Below, in pieces: positions 20,793 to 31,926 of a DNA stretch of 64,000 bases. The stretch comes from an uncultured Burkholderiaceae bacterium. Its GTDB lineage: Bacteria; Pseudomonadota; Gammaproteobacteria; Burkholderiales; Burkholderiaceae_C. The DNA lies in the NCBI GenBank assembly GCA_964389235.1, contig CAYMDM010000003.1, forward strand, positions 24,252-88,251. The letters are read 5' to 3'. The position numbers were made by a program, and so were the translations under genes. The notes under the pieces are model-generated. The model was given only the letters and a program-made list of their open reading frames with translations. It made no database searches and was not told where the DNA came from. Within the stretch, counting starts at the first letter, position 1; each line of letters starts with the position of its first letter.

Positions 20793-21392
20793 TCAGTGCC
20801 CCCCGTATCCCGTTTCGCGGATCACGCGCGGGGTGATTTCGCGCGGCTCGATGGTCACCGGCTGATAGATCACTCGCTTGGTCTCGGGGTCGTAGCGCAT
20901 CTCCACCGTCCCCGACAGCGGAAAGTCCTTGCGGAACGGGTGGCCGATGAAACCGTAGTCGGTGAGAATGCGACGCAGGTCGGGATGCCCCTCGAACACG
21001 ATGCCATACAGATCGAAGGCCTCGCGCTCGAACCAGTTGGCCGCGTTCCAGACGTCGACGACGCTGTCCACGCGTGGCAGATCGTCGTCGGCGCAGCGCA
21101 CCCGAACGCGCAGCCGCCAGTTGTTCGCCAGCGAGAGCAGATGCAGCACGACAACAAAGCGCCCGCTTTCGGCCTGGGTGCCATCGCCATACCCGCGGTA
21201 ATCGACACCACACAGGTCGATCAGCTGCTCGAACCCCAGCGCCACCTCGTCTCGCAACTGGCGGCAGACCTGCAGGTAATGCGCCGGCGCGACGTCCAGC
21301 GTCAACTCGCCCCGGGCCGACTGCAAGGCCACGATGCGGTCGCCCAGCGACTGACGCAGTAGCTGGTCGAGTTGTTCGAGCTTGGTGGACAT
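20793..21392 (-). CDS. nuoC: NADH-quinone oxidoreductase subunit C
   Basis: 199 aa with ...[24 protein letters not shown]...; separate from nuoD. Confidence 0.95.
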   Translation of the reverse strand: MSTKLEQLDQLLRQSLGDRIVALQSARGELTLDVAPAHYLQVCRQLRDEVALGFEQLIDLCGVDYRGYGDGTQAESGRFVVVLHLLSLANNWRLRVRVRCADDDLPRVDSVVDVWNAANWFEREAFDLYGIVFEGHPDLRRILTDYGFIGHPFRKDFPLSGTVEMRYDPETKRVIYQPVTIEPREITPRVIRETGYGGH

Positions 21393-21497
21393 GGGATGGA
21401 GGATTCGAGAGTCAGGGTTTGCCGGGTGGACGGGAGTGACACTTCCGCGCGCGACGATGCCCGTCGTTGGCCGAGAACGCCGACGCGGCCACGTGTG

Positions 21498-21974
21498 TCA
21501 TCGCGCGATGGTCTCGGTGCGGCGGATCTTGTTCTGCAACTGGATCAGCCCGTAGAGCAACGCCTCGGCCGTCGGCGGGCATCCGGGCACGTAGACATCG
21601 ACCGGAACGATGCGGTCGCAACCGCGCACCACCGAATAGCTGTAGTGGTAGTAGCCGCCGCCGTTGGCGCACGAGCCCATCGACACCACCCAGCGCGGCT
21701 CAGCCATCTGGTCGTACACCTTGCGCAGCGCCGGGGCCATTTTGTTGCATAGCGTGCCGGCGACGATCATCAGATCGGACTGCCGCGGGCTCGGCCGGAA
21801 GACGATGCCAAAGCGGTCGAGGTCGTAGCGCGCAGCACCGGCGTGCATCATTTCCACGGCGCAGCAGGCCAGGCCGAAGGTCATCGGCCAGAGCGAACCG
21901 GTGCGGGTCCAGTTGATCAGTTTGTCTGCCGAAGTGGTGATGAACCCCTCGCGCAGAACCCCTTCGATGCTCAT
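21498..21974 (-). CDS. nuoB: NADH-quinone oxidoreductase subunit B
   Basis: N2-cluster ligand motifs [21 protein letters not shown] and VPGCPP. Confidence 0.97.
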   Translation of the reverse strand: MSIEGVLREGFITTSADKLINWTRTGSLWPMTFGLACCAVEMMHAGAARYDLDRFGIVFRPSPRQSDLMIVAGTLCNKMAPALRKVYDQMAEPRWVVSMGSCANGGGYYHYSYSVVRGCDRIVPVDVYVPGCPPTAEALLYGLIQLQNKIRRTETIAR

Positions 21975-22014
21975 GTGGAACTCCCAGGCCGGGCGGCAAG
22001 GACGAGGCGGCGCC

Positions 22015-22374
22015 TCACTCCCAGTCGAGCGCGCCTTTTTTCCATTCGTAAATGAACCCCACCACCAGGATGCCCAGGAAGATCATCATCGTCCAGAAAC
22101 CGACGAGACCGATCTCCTTGAGCGCGACGGCCCAGGGAAAGAGGAAGGCGATTTCGAGGTCGAACAGGATGAACAGAATGGCGACGAGGTAGTACCGAAC
22201 GTCGAACTTCATCCGCGCGTCTTCGAAGGCCTCGAAGCCGCATTCGTATGGGGAGTTTTTTTCCGCATCCGGGCGATGCGGGGCCAGCAGACGGCCGAGC
22301 AGCTGCGGGGCCACACCCACGCCGATGCCCACGAGAATGAACAACAACACCGGCAGATACTGCTCAAGGCTCAT
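22015..22374 (-). CDS. nuoA: NADH-quinone oxidoreductase subunit A
   Basis: 119 aa, three helices, ...[34 protein letters not shown]... Confidence 0.95.
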   Translation of the reverse strand: MSLEQYLPVLLFILVGIGVGVAPQLLGRLLAPHRPDAEKNSPYECGFEAFEDARMKFDVRYYLVAILFILFDLEIAFLFPWAVALKEIGLVGFWTMMIFLGILVVGFIYEWKKGALDWE

Positions 22375-22434
22375 CGCGCTTCATCTCCTGCTGTTGTGTA
22401 GGCGGGGTTCTTGCGCCCCACTTGCCTTTTTGTC

Positions 22435-22519
22435 TGGTGCCGACGGCGAGACTCGAACTCGCACAGCTTTCGCCACTACCCCCTCAAGATAGCGTGTCTA
22501 CCAATTCCACCACGTCGGC
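22435..22519 (-). tRNA. tRNA-Leu, anticodon GAG (class II, long variable arm), CCA encoded
   Basis: The minus strand reads GCCGACGTGGTGGAATTGGTAGACACGCTATCTTGAGGGGGTAGTGGCGAAAGCTGTGCGAGTTCGAGTCTCGCCGTCGGCACCA. Folded by hand it gives a 7-bp acceptor stem, anticodon stem CTATC/GGTAG, loop TTGAGGG and a GTTCGAGTC T-loop. Confidence 0.95.
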
Positions 22520-22874
22520 GCTTGCTTCGAAGCGAATGGTTCAGTCGCGCCGCCTTCGGCCCTTATTGCTGCTTTGCAGCAATGCAACCTCCGGCGACTC
22601 AAACCCGACTGACCTGACCCTTGCACTTGGCACACGTTTTCGAAACTGAAAACGATGCGGCGAATGTGCCTGGCGACTTCGAATTGCAAAACAAAGAGAT
22701 GCTACACGGAACAGCGGCAATGAAGCAACGCCGCACCCGCCAATCTTGCGTCAGCGCAAGTTCCTCCCAGAGGCGTTATTGACAAGCCGCAGCGATCATG
22801 CTTGCTGCGGCGCACAACAAAATGTTACCCGTGCGCAGGCGCGTGCCACGAAGCTGCTGGCAATGCACGTCCCG

Positions 22875-23300
22875 TCACTTCGCCGCCGATGCGGGCGGCG
22901 CGCTGGGCACGGTGGTCTGACCCGCGCCTGCGGAGTTCGCCCCGGGAACGGTCGGGATCTGGCTGACCGGGCCGCTGGCCGGAACGGCCGCCTTGGCCGC
23001 AGCGGAAGCGGCGGGAGGCGGGGTGACGAGCTTTTCCATCAGCCCGCCCTCGCCGCCGCCGCGCAGATTCCCGAAGTAAGCCATCATCAGCGTGGCGGCA
23101 AAGAAAATGGTCGCGGCCACCGCGGTGCTGCGGCTGAGAAAGTTGGCCGAGCCAGTGGCGCCGAACAGACTGCCGGAGGCGCCCGAACCGAACGAGGCGC
23201 CCATGTCGGCGCCCTTGCCGTGCTGCAGCAGCACCAGCACGATCATCGCCAGCGCGGCGAGGATCTGCACCACCAGAATCAAGGTCATCAGAATTTGCAT
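22875..23300 (-). CDS. secG: preprotein translocase subunit SecG
   Basis: MQILMTLILVVQILAALAMIVLVLLQHGKGADMGASFGSGASGSLFGATGSANFLSR..., followed by a low-complexity Ala/Pro tail. Confidence 0.9.
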   Translation of the reverse strand: MQILMTLILVVQILAALAMIVLVLLQHGKGADMGASFGSGASGSLFGATGSANFLSRSTAVAATIFFAATLMMAYFGNLRGGGEGGLMEKLVTPPPAASAAAKAAVPASGPVSQIPTVPGANSAGAGQTTVPSAPPASAAK

Positions 23301-23360
23301 GGCGTTTCAACGTGCGGCGGCCGCACGGCGGAAAAATGCGAATGAACGACGGCGCGCAGG

Positions 23361-24107
<747 letters not shown>

Positions 24108-24128
24108 GCAGTGTTCTCCCTGTTCAGC

Positions 24129-25112
24129 TCAAGTCCAGCGCAGCACGATCTTGCCGATGTGCTGGCCCGATTCCATCCGCGCGTGCGCCTGCGCCGCGTC
24201 GGCGGCCGGCAGCACGGTGTCCATCACCGGGCGCACCGCGCCCTGCTCGATCAGCGGCCACAGATGCGCGCGCACCGCCCGCGCCAGCTGCGCCTTGAAC
24301 TCGGCGCTGCGCGCGCGCAGCGTCGAGCCGGTGAGGGTCTGGCGCTTGCGCATCAGCAGCATCGCATCCAGCGTCGCCTGCGCACCGCCCTGCACCGCGA
24401 TGACCACGATGCGCCCGTCCTCGGCCAGGCATTGCTGGTCACGGGCCAGGTAGTCGCCGGCAACCATGTCCAGCACCACGTCTACGCCGCGCTGATCGGT
24501 CGCTTTCAGCACCTCGGCGACAAAATCGGCCTCGCGATAGTTGATCGCCTGCTGCGCGCCCAGCGCCTCGCACACCCGCGCCTTGTCGGCCGAGCCAACC
24601 GTGGCGAACACCCGCGCGCCGCGCGCCTTGGCCACCTGGATCGCCATGGTGCCGATGCCGCTGGCGCCGCCGTGGATCAGCACCGATTCACCCGCCTGCA
24701 GCCCGCCGCGGTCGATCAGGTTGTGCCAGACGGTGAACGCGGTCTCCGGCAGCGCCGCGCCCTGCTCGGGGCTGAGCCCGTCCGGCAGCGGCAGGCATTG
24801 CGCCACCGGCGCTGCGCAATACTGCGCATAGCCGCCGCCGGCGACTAGCGCGCACACGCGGTCGCCCACCGCAAAGCCGCTGCCCTGCAGATCGCCGCCG
24901 ACGATTTCCCCACACACCTCCAGCCCCGGGATGTCCGAGGCACCAGGCGGCGGCGGGTAAAGGCCGCGACGCTGCAGCACGTCCGGGCGATTGACGCCGG
25001 AAGCCAGCACCCGCAGCAGCACCTCGCCCGGCCCATGCTGCGGCATCGGCCGCTCGACCCGCTGCAGCACTTCAGGGCCGCCGGGTTGGGCGATTTCGAT
25101 GGCGTACATCAT
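24129..25112 (-). CDS. NAD(P)H:quinone oxidoreductase, zinc-independent MDR/PIG3 family
   Basis: ...GVNRPDVLQRRGLYPPPPGASDIPGLEVCGEIV... and the nucleotide motif HGGASGIGT. The start is ambiguous (GTG 25118, ATG 25112 or ATG 25109). Confidence 0.85.
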   Translation of the reverse strand: MMYAIEIAQPGGPEVLQRVERPMPQHGPGEVLLRVLASGVNRPDVLQRRGLYPPPPGASDIPGLEVCGEIVGGDLQGSGFAVGDRVCALVAGGGYAQYCAAPVAQCLPLPDGLSPEQGAALPETAFTVWHNLIDRGGLQAGESVLIHGGASGIGTMAIQVAKARGARVFATVGSADKARVCEALGAQQAINYREADFVAEVLKATDQRGVDVVLDMVAGDYLARDQQCLAEDGRIVVIAVQGGAQATLDAMLLMRKRQTLTGSTLRARSAEFKAQLARAVRAHLWPLIEQGAVRPVMDTVLPAADAAQAHARMESGQHIGKIVLRWT

Positions 25113-25181
25113 GCTCACGGTCGGGCCTCTGCGCGGGGGATGGCGGGGATTCGAGATGTCGCTGGACGCACCCGGGCGCGA

Positions 25182-27308
25182 TCAGACCGGCTCGCCGCTT
25201 TCCAGCGGAGCCGCCTCGGCACCCTCGCCCAGCAGCGCCTTGATCGACAGGCGGAAACGGCCTTTGTCGTCGGTCTCGATCACCTTGACTCGCACCTTCT
25301 GACCTTCCTGCAGATGGTCGGTGACCTTGTTGATGCGCTCGTTGGCGATCTGCGAAATGTGCAGCAACCCGTCCTTGCCCGGCAGCACGTTGACCAGCGC
25401 ACCGAAGTCCAGGATCTTGACCACGGTGCCGTCGTACACCTGACCCACTTCGACTTCGGCGGTGAGGTCGCGGATGCGCTGCTTGGCGATCTCGGCCTTT
25501 TCCGCGTCGGTGGAGGCGATGGTGATAGTGCCGTCTTCGGCGATGTCGATCTGCGTGCCGGTTTCCTCGGTCAGCGCGCGGATCGTGGCCCCGCCCTTGC
25601 CGATCACATCACGGATGCGCTCGGGATTGATCTTGAGCGTGTACAGCCGCGGCGCGAACTGCGAAACCTCGGCGCGCGCGCCGCTGACCTCCTGCTGCAT
25701 GATGCCCAAGATGTGCAGCCGCGCCTCGCGCGCCTGCGCCAGCGCCACCTGCATGATCTCGCGGGTGATGCCCTGGATCTTGATGTCCATCTGCAGCGCG
25801 GTGACGCCGGTGGCCGAACCGGCGACCTTGAAGTCCATGTCGCCCAGGTGATCTTCGTCACCGAGGATGTCGGTGAGCACGGCAAAGCGGTTGCCTTCCT
25901 TGATCAGCCCCATCGCGATTCCGGCCACATGCGCCTTCAGCGGCACGCCGGCGTCAAGCAGCGCCAAGCAGCCGCCGCACACCGAAGCCATCGACGAAGA
26001 ACCGTTGGACTCGGTGATTTCCGACACCACGCGCATGGTGTAGGCAAACTCGTCCTTGCTCGGCAGCACCGCCAGCAGCGCGCGCTTGGCCAGACGACCG
26101 TGACCGATTTCGCGCCGCTTGGGGCTGCCCACGCGCCCCGTTTCGCCGGTGGCGAACGGCGGCATGTTGTAGTGAAGCATGAAGCGGTCGCGATACTCAC
26201 CGGCCAGCGCGTCGATGACCTGCGCGTCCTGGTCGGTGCCCAGCGTGGCCACCGCCAGCGCCTGGGTTTCGCCGCGGGTGAACAGCGCGCTGCCATGGGT
26301 GCGCGGCAGCACCGAGGTGCGCACGCTGATCGGCCGCACCGTGCGGGTGTCGCGGCCGTCGATGCGCGGTTCGCCGGCCAGGATCTGGTCGCGCACGATG
26401 CGCGCTTCCATTTCGAACAGCAGCCCGTCGACCTTGGCTGCGTCCACTTCCGCGCCACCCTCGGCCAGCGCCGCGTGGGTGTGCGCATACACCTCACGCA
26501 GCGCCTGGGTGCGCGCCTGCTTCTGGGTGATCTTGTACGCCCCGCGCAGACCCTCGCCAGCCAGCGCCTGTACCCGGTCGATCAGCGCCTGATCCTTTTC
26601 CGGTGGCGTCCATTCCCACGCGGGCTTGCCGCCGTCGCGCACCAGCTCGTGGATCGCGTCGATCGCCGCCTGGAACTGGCGATGGCCGAACATCACCGCT
26701 TCGAGCATCACATCCTCGGGCAGCTGGTCGGCCTCGCTCTCGACCATCAGCACTGCCGCCTCGGTGCCAGCCACCACCAAATCCAGCCGGCTGTTGGCCA
26801 TTTCGCTCTTGTTCGGGTTGAGCACGAACTCGCCGTTGACGTAGCCCACGCGCGCCGCGCCGACCGGGCCGTTGAACGGAATGCCCGAAACCGACAGCGC
26901 CGCACTGGAGGCGATCAGCGCAGGGATGTCCGGATCGACTTCCGGATTGATCGACAGCACGTGCACGACCACCTGCACTTCGTTGAAAAAGCCGTCGGGA
27001 AACAGCGGGCGGATCGGGCGGTCGATCAGCCGCGACACCAGGGTCTCGTTTTCGCTCGGCCGGCCCTCGCGCTTGAAAAAGCTGCCGGGGATTTTGCCGG
27101 CGGCGTAGGTCTTCTCGATGTAGTCGACGGTCAGCGGAAAGAAGTCCTGCCCCGGCTTGGCCGAACGCGCACCGACCACGGTGGCCAGCACCACGGTGTC
27201 GTCCATGTTGAGCAGCACCGCACCGGTGGCCTGGCGGGCGATTTCACCCGTTTCCAGCGTGACCTGATGCCGGCCCCACTGAAACGTCTTGACGATTTTG
27301 TTGAACAT
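25182..27308 (-). CDS. pnp: polyribonucleotide nucleotidyltransferase (PNPase)
   Basis: Internal ATG 27308 gives [33 protein letters not shown]. Two RNase PH domains plus KH and S1 regions; 708 aa. Confidence 0.97.
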   Translation of the reverse strand: MFNKIVKTFQWGRHQVTLETGEIARQATGAVLLNMDDTVVLATVVGARSAKPGQDFFPLTVDYIEKTYAAGKIPGSFFKREGRPSENETLVSRLIDRPIRPLFPDGFFNEVQVVVHVLSINPEVDPDIPALIASSAALSVSGIPFNGPVGAARVGYVNGEFVLNPNKSEMANSRLDLVVAGTEAAVLMVESEADQLPEDVMLEAVMFGHRQFQAAIDAIHELVRDGGKPAWEWTPPEKDQALIDRVQALAGEGLRGAYKITQKQARTQALREVYAHTHAALAEGGAEVDAAKVDGLLFEMEARIVRDQILAGEPRIDGRDTRTVRPISVRTSVLPRTHGSALFTRGETQALAVATLGTDQDAQVIDALAGEYRDRFMLHYNMPPFATGETGRVGSPKRREIGHGRLAKRALLAVLPSKDEFAYTMRVVSEITESNGSSSMASVCGGCLALLDAGVPLKAHVAGIAMGLIKEGNRFAVLTDILGDEDHLGDMDFKVAGSATGVTALQMDIKIQGITREIMQVALAQAREARLHILGIMQQEVSGARAEVSQFAPRLYTLKINPERIRDVIGKGGATIRALTEETGTQIDIAEDGTITIASTDAEKAEIAKQRIRDLTAEVEVGQVYDGTVVKILDFGALVNVLPGKDGLLHISQIANERINKVTDHLQEGQKVRVKVIETDDKGRFRLSIKALLGEGAEAAPLESGEPV

Positions 27309-27393
27309 CCTGAACTCTCCTGTTCTGGCTGCGCCCCGCCCCACACCGATGCGGCACCGGGCAGCGCAACCCGTTTCAGGGGCAGCGTGATGC

Positions 27394-27432
27394 CATTCCA
27401 GCGCAGCGCTGCTGCAGCACTGCGCTGGAATG
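27394..27432 (-). promoter_or_regulatory. long near-perfect hairpin in the rpsO-pnp intergenic leader (candidate RNase III processing / pnp autoregulation stem)
   Basis: CATTCCAGCGCAG ... CTGCGCTGGAATG form perfect 13-nt arms, with an inner GCTGC/GCAGC extension. Confidence 0.5.
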
Positions 27433-27500
27433 ACACCGGCCACACCACCCCGTTTTCTGCCCCGCGCAGCCGCACGGGGCCCAGATGCCGACGACCATGC

Positions 27501-27534
27501 AAAAAACGCCTGTGCAAACCGATTCACACAGGCG
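27501..27534 (-). terminator. rho-independent terminator/attenuator after rpsO
   Basis: The minus strand reads CGCCTGTG-(12 nt)-CACAGGCG followed by TTTTTTGCA, about 20 nt after the rpsO stop. Confidence 0.7.
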
Positions 27535-27554
27535 CGGGGTCATCGGCGACAACC

Positions 27555-27824
27555 TTACTTGCGCAGCGACAGCTTTTCGATCAGCGCGCGGTAACGCTCG
27601 ACGTCCTTGTCCTTGAGGTAGTCGAGCAGCTTGCGTCGGCGGCTGACCATCTTGAGCAGACCGCGGCGGCCGTGGTGATCCTTGACGTGGGTCTTGAAAT
27701 GCCCGGTCAGTTCGTTGATGCGGGCGGTCAGCAGCGCCACCTGCACTTCGGGCGAACCGGTGTCCCCGGTTCCGCGGGCGTTTTCGGCGACGATTTTCGC
27801 CTTGTCGATATCGGCAACAGACAT
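27555..27824 (-). CDS. rpsO: 30S ribosomal protein S15
   Basis: Internal ATG 27824 gives [71 protein letters not shown]; 89 aa. Confidence 0.97.
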   Translation of the reverse strand: MSVADIDKAKIVAENARGTGDTGSPEVQVALLTARINELTGHFKTHVKDHHGRRGLLKMVSRRRKLLDYLKDKDVERYRALIEKLSLRK

Positions 27825-27949
27825 GGTTAGTTTCCTGAGAAGAACTCGCGCTCGCAGAAGAAACCGTTCCGCGGCGTGGGGGTTGAAAAACAACGCATTG
27901 TACCCCGAAGCGCTGTGCACGATCCTTGACCTGGCTCGCCGCGGCCACG

Positions 27950-27978
27950 GTTGAAACCGCCGGCACCCGCCTCATATC
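27950..27978 (+). promoter_or_regulatory. sigma-32 (RpoH)-like heat-shock promoter candidate for the hsp20 gene
   Basis: GTTGAAA-N13-CCTCATAT compared with the remembered consensus CTTGAAA-N13/14-CCCCATNT. It lies about 110 nt upstream of the hsp20 ATG. Confidence 0.35.
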
Positions 27979-28087
27979 CTCGTTGCGGCCGGCAGTCCCG
28001 GGGCGTGGCCGACACGCCAGCGGGGTAAACGGCGTGGATTGTGGCTGCCGCTTCGCTTGGAGCGGCGCATTTTGCAGGAGTGTCACG

Positions 28088-28549
28088 ATGAGCTATTCCC
28101 TCACCCGCCCCGACAACCGGGGCAATGAGTTCGGTGGCGCGCTCGACCCGGTGTTCGACCGCTTTTTCGATCGTGCCTTTCGCAACTTTTTTGCGGTCGG
28201 CGAACCCAGCGACGATTCGCTGCGCCGGCTGGCGATGGACGTGACCGAGACCGACAAGGGCTATGTGGTTCACGCCGACCTGCCGGGCGTCGACAAGGAC
28301 GCGGTCAAGATCAGCGTCGACGGCTCGCGGGTGACCATATCCGCCGAAACCAAGGCCGACACCGAGAAAAAGGACGACGGCGGCAAGGTCATCTACCGCG
28401 AACGTTCGTCCAGCCAGTACTACCGCGCCTTCGAACTGCCGGCCGAGCTCGACGCCGCCGGCGCCGAAGCCAAGCTGGAAAACGGCGTGCTCACCCTGAC
28501 CCTGCCGCGCAAGGCGGCCTCCGAGGTCAAGCAGATCGCGGTGCGCTGA
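28088..28549 (+). CDS. Hsp20/alpha-crystallin family small heat-shock protein
   Basis: ATG 28088 is preceded by AGGAG. The alpha-crystallin core is ...AMDVTETDKGYVVHADLPGVDKDAVKISVDGSRVTISAE...FELPAELDAAGAEAKLENGVLTLTLPRK. Confidence 0.9.
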   Translation: MSYSLTRPDNRGNEFGGALDPVFDRFFDRAFRNFFAVGEPSDDSLRRLAMDVTETDKGYVVHADLPGVDKDAVKISVDGSRVTISAETKADTEKKDDGGKVIYRERSSSQYYRAFELPAELDAAGAEAKLENGVLTLTLPRKAASEVKQIAVR

Positions 28550-28576
28550 GCTCGCGCCTGCCCGCGGGTGGGCGGC

Positions 28577-28614
28577 AACCGGAAGTGCGCACTATTGCGC
28601 ACTTCCGGTTTTTC
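28577..28614 (+). terminator. rho-independent terminator of hsp20
   Basis: Perfect 15-bp stem AACCGGAAGTGCGCA-ctat-TGCGCACTTCCGGTT followed by TTTC. Confidence 0.85.
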
Positions 28615-28695
28615 GTTGCCGCGCAGCGGGTGGGCGAGCGTTGCGATGGCTTTACAGTGCTGAGTCATCGCACGCCCCTTTCCGGCCCCGCCGCC

Positions 28696-29463
28696 ATGCG
28701 CTTTCAACTTCTGTCCGATCTGCACCTGGAGACGGAAACCTTCGACCCCGAACCCGCCCCCGATGCCGATCTGCTGGTGCTGGCCGGGGACATCGACGCC
28801 CGCCATGTCGGGCTCGACCGTTTTGCCGGCTGGACGGTGCCGGTGATCTACGTCGCCGGCAATCACGAATACGACCACCGCGATTTCGACACCTGCACCG
28901 CCGAGCTGCGCGAACGCTGCGACCGCCTGGGCATCACCATGCTGCACCGCGAGCAGACCCTGGTGACCCGCCACGGCCGCACCGTGCGGGTGCTGGGCAC
29001 CACGCTGTGGAACGACTTCGAGCTGTTCGGCCCCGGCCAGGTCGATCGCTGCATGCGCGCAGCGCGCTACTTTGCCGAAAAGGTGCAGTGCTCCACCCGC
29101 CACGGCGAACCGATGGGAGTGGAGGCGCTACGCGAGGAAGGCATTGCCTGCCGCGAATGGCTGCGCGGGGCACTGGCGGCGCCGCGCGCGCAGCCGGGGG
29201 AATACGACGCGACGCTGGTCATCACCCATTTCGCCCCCAGCCTGCGCAGCAACGACCCGCGCTACCCGGTCAACGCCGCGACCGCGAGTTTCTGCAACGC
29301 GTATGACGATCTTGTGCCGCGCGCCGATCTGTGGGTGCACGGCCATCTGCACTGCCGTCACGACTACCTGCTGGACGGCGGCCATGTGGTGTGCAACGCC
29401 CGCGGCATGGCCAGCAAGGGCGAGGACGCCGACTTCCGCCCGCTGGGGGTGTGGGAAGTCTGA
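28696..29463 (+). CDS. metallophosphoesterase (calcineurin-like)
   Basis: ATG 28696 gives MRFQLLSDLHLE...LVLAGDI...VAGNHEY...ITHFAP...VHGHLH. The track start 28585 would lie inside the hsp20 terminator. Confidence 0.8.
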   Translation: MRFQLLSDLHLETETFDPEPAPDADLLVLAGDIDARHVGLDRFAGWTVPVIYVAGNHEYDHRDFDTCTAELRERCDRLGITMLHREQTLVTRHGRTVRVLGTTLWNDFELFGPGQVDRCMRAARYFAEKVQCSTRHGEPMGVEALREEGIACREWLRGALAAPRAQPGEYDATLVITHFAPSLRSNDPRYPVNAATASFCNAYDDLVPRADLWVHGHLHCRHDYLLDGGHVVCNARGMASKGEDADFRPLGVWEV

Positions 29464-29469
29464 GAGGTC

Positions 29470-30507
29470 TCACCCGCGCGCGGGCGGCGAGTCGATCTGC
29501 TCCAGATCCCACCGCGGCAGCACGTCGAAGCGCCCGGCGCGCTGCGCCGCTTCGGGCCGGGCCTGCAGCCGCATCGCCCCGGCCAGCGCAATCATCGCGC
29601 CGTTATCGGTGCACCATTGCAGCTCGGGGAAGTGCAGCCGCACCCCACGCGGCAGCAGCAGGTCCCGCAGCTTCTGCCGCAGCCGCGCGTTCGCCCCCAC
29701 CCCGCCGGCCACCACCACGGTCTGCCGCCCGCCGAGCTGCTGCGCCCGCGCCGTCTTGGCGGCGAGGACATCGGTGATCGCCTCCTGCGCCGCCGCGGCC
29801 AGATCGGCACGCGGCTGCTCGCAGGTCTCGCCGAGCTTGCGCACCTGGGTCAGCACCGCGGTCTTGAGCCCGGCAAAGGAAAAGTCGAGGTCGGGGCTGT
29901 GCAGCATCGGCCGTGGCAAATCAAAGCGCGTCGCGTCACCAAACTCGGCCAGCCGCGCCAGCGCCGGCCCGCCGGGGTAGCCCACACCCAGCAGCTTGGC
30001 CGATTTGTCGAACGCTTCGCCAGCGGCGTCGTCCACCGTCTCGCCCAGCAGCCGGTACTGCCCGAAGCGTTCCACGTCGAGCAGCATGGTGTGCCCGCCC
30101 GACACCAGCAGCGCGAGAAACGGAAAGTCCGGCCGGTCGCGCGACAGCAGCGGCGACAGCAGATGGCCTTCGAGGTGGTGCACCCCGATCACCGGCTTGC
30201 CCAGCGCGAAAGCCAGCGCATGCGCCACTCCCGCGCCGACCAGCAGCGCCCCGGCCAGGCCGGGGCCGCGGGTGTAGGCGATCGCGTCGACCGCGCGCAG
30301 CTCCGCCCCGGCCTGCGCCAGCGCGGCGCGAGTGAGCGGCAGCAGGCGGCGGATGTGGTCGCGCGAGGCCAGTTCGGGCACAACCCCGCCGTAGGCCTGA
30401 TGCATGTCCACCTGCGAGTGCAGCGCGTGGCCGAGCAGCCCGCGCTCGCTGTCGTAGAGTGCGGCGGCGGTTTCGTCGCACGACGTTTCAATCCCAAGAA
30501 TCAACAT
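29470..30507 (-). CDS. tsaD: tRNA N6-adenosine threonylcarbamoyltransferase TsaD
   Basis: ATG 30507 gives [19 protein letters not shown]...[12 protein letters not shown]..., the canonical Kae1/TsaD N-terminus. Confidence 0.95.
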   Translation of the reverse strand: MLILGIETSCDETAAALYDSERGLLGHALHSQVDMHQAYGGVVPELASRDHIRRLLPLTRAALAQAGAELRAVDAIAYTRGPGLAGALLVGAGVAHALAFALGKPVIGVHHLEGHLLSPLLSRDRPDFPFLALLVSGGHTMLLDVERFGQYRLLGETVDDAAGEAFDKSAKLLGVGYPGGPALARLAEFGDATRFDLPRPMLHSPDLDFSFAGLKTAVLTQVRKLGETCEQPRADLAAAAQEAITDVLAAKTARAQQLGGRQTVVVAGGVGANARLRQKLRDLLLPRGVRLHFPELQWCTDNGAMIALAGAMRLQARPEAAQRAGRFDVLPRWDLEQIDSPPARG

Positions 30508-31756
30508 GCCCGGCAGTCTAGCCCCCTCCCCTTCCGCGACGCGCGCCGAGGCGAAAGCGCCGCGCTTCGACGCAGCCATCGTCGGCGCCGGCGCCGCGGG
30601 GCTGCTGTGCGCGGCGCTGGCCGGACAGCGTGGGCTGCGGGTGCTGTTGCTCGATCACTGGCCGAAGGTTGCCGAAAAAATCCGCATCAGCGGCGGCGGG
30701 CGGTGCAACTTCACCAATCTGCACACCCGACCCGAAAACTTTCTGTCCGACAACCCGCATTTCTGCCGATCGGCGCTGGCGCGCTACGGCCCGGCCGACA
30801 TCATCGCTCTGCTGCGCAGGCACCGCATCGGCTTTCACGAAAAGCACAAGGGGCAGCTGTTCTGCGACGACTCGGCGCAACAGTTGATCGACGCGCTGCT
30901 GGCCGAATGCCGCGCCGGCGCGGTGACGCACTGGCAGCCCTGCGCGCTCGAAGCCGTACAGGCGCAGTCGCCCGGATTCGCGCTGCGCACCGCGCGCGGG
31001 CCGGTGTGGGCGCGGCAACTGGTCATCGCCACCGGCGGGCTGTCGGTGCCGGCGATCGGCGCGACCCCGCTGGGCTACCGCCTGGCGGAGCAGTTCGGCC
31101 TGCCGGTGGTGCCGCCGCGGCCGGCGCTGGTGCCGCTGGCGTTCGACCCGGCAGTGTGGCAGCCGTTTTCCGAGCTGTCCGGGGTGTCACTGCCGGTGCG
31201 CATTACCACCGGCAGCGGGCGGCGCAGCGCTTGCTTCGACGAAGACCTGCTGTTCACCCACCGCGGGTTGAGCGGCCCGGCGATTCTGCAGGCGTCGAGC
31301 TACTGGCAGCCAGGGCAGCCGCTGCACATCGACCTGCTGCCCGCTGTGAGCGCCGAGGACTGGCTGGCGCGCAAGCCCGGCAACCGCCGCAGCGTCGCCC
31401 ACGCCCTGGCCGAGTGGCTGCCGCAGCGGCTGGCCGATGTGCTCGCGCAGCAGGCGGGGCTGTCCGGGCGAAAAATGAGCGAATGCAGTGACCGCGAGTT
31501 GCGCGCACTTTGGCAGCGCTGCAAGGAATGGGCCATCGTGCCCAGCGGCACCCTGGGCTGGAAAAAAGCCGAGGTCACCGCCGGCGGCGTGGACACCCAC
31601 GCGCTGTCCTCGACCTCATTGATGGCCACTGCGGTGCCGGGGCTGCATTTCATCGGCGAGGTGGTGGACGTCACCGGTTGGCTGGGCGGCTACAACTTTC
31701 AGTGGGCGTGGAGCTCGGCGGCGGCATGCGCCGCTGCGCTGGTCAAGGCCGATTGA
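30506..31756 (+). CDS. NAD(P)/FAD-dependent flavoprotein, HI0933/YhiN (BaiN-like) family
   Basis: FAD fold [13 protein letters not shown], then [14 protein letters not shown], and C-terminal ...[21 protein letters not shown]. Confidence 0.85.
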   Translation: MPGSLAPSPSATRAEAKAPRFDAAIVGAGAAGLLCAALAGQRGLRVLLLDHWPKVAEKIRISGGGRCNFTNLHTRPENFLSDNPHFCRSALARYGPADIIALLRRHRIGFHEKHKGQLFCDDSAQQLIDALLAECRAGAVTHWQPCALEAVQAQSPGFALRTARGPVWARQLVIATGGLSVPAIGATPLGYRLAEQFGLPVVPPRPALVPLAFDPAVWQPFSELSGVSLPVRITTGSGRRSACFDEDLLFTHRGLSGPAILQASSYWQPGQPLHIDLLPAVSAEDWLARKPGNRRSVAHALAEWLPQRLADVLAQQAGLSGRKMSECSDRELRALWQRCKEWAIVPSGTLGWKKAEVTAGGVDTHALSSTSLMATAVPGLHFIGEVVDVTGWLGGYNFQWAWSSAAACAAALVKAD

Positions 31757-31926
31757 GCCTCGCCGCAGGCACGCGCCGGGCAACATGAAACCAGGCTTAA
31801 ACGGCGTGTGCGGAAATGAACGCGAAGGTTTTCCGCGCTGTCTATCGTCTATATCTCAGCACATAAGCCGCGTGCTGGCGGCAGCCGGCTTTTCCGCGGC
31901 CCGGTTTCGATCACAAGGAGTTCATC

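Noticed and set aside
22498-22689. A 63-aa ORF in the secG-tRNA spacer.
   Set aside because: It overlaps the tRNA-Leu gene, has no SD and has no recognisable features. It is probably spurious.
27979-28087. A ROSE-type RNA thermometer in the hsp20 leader.
   Set aside because: I could not find the U(U/C)GCU anti-SD element or any stable pairing that sequesters the AGGAG SD. Only a generic hairpin is present.
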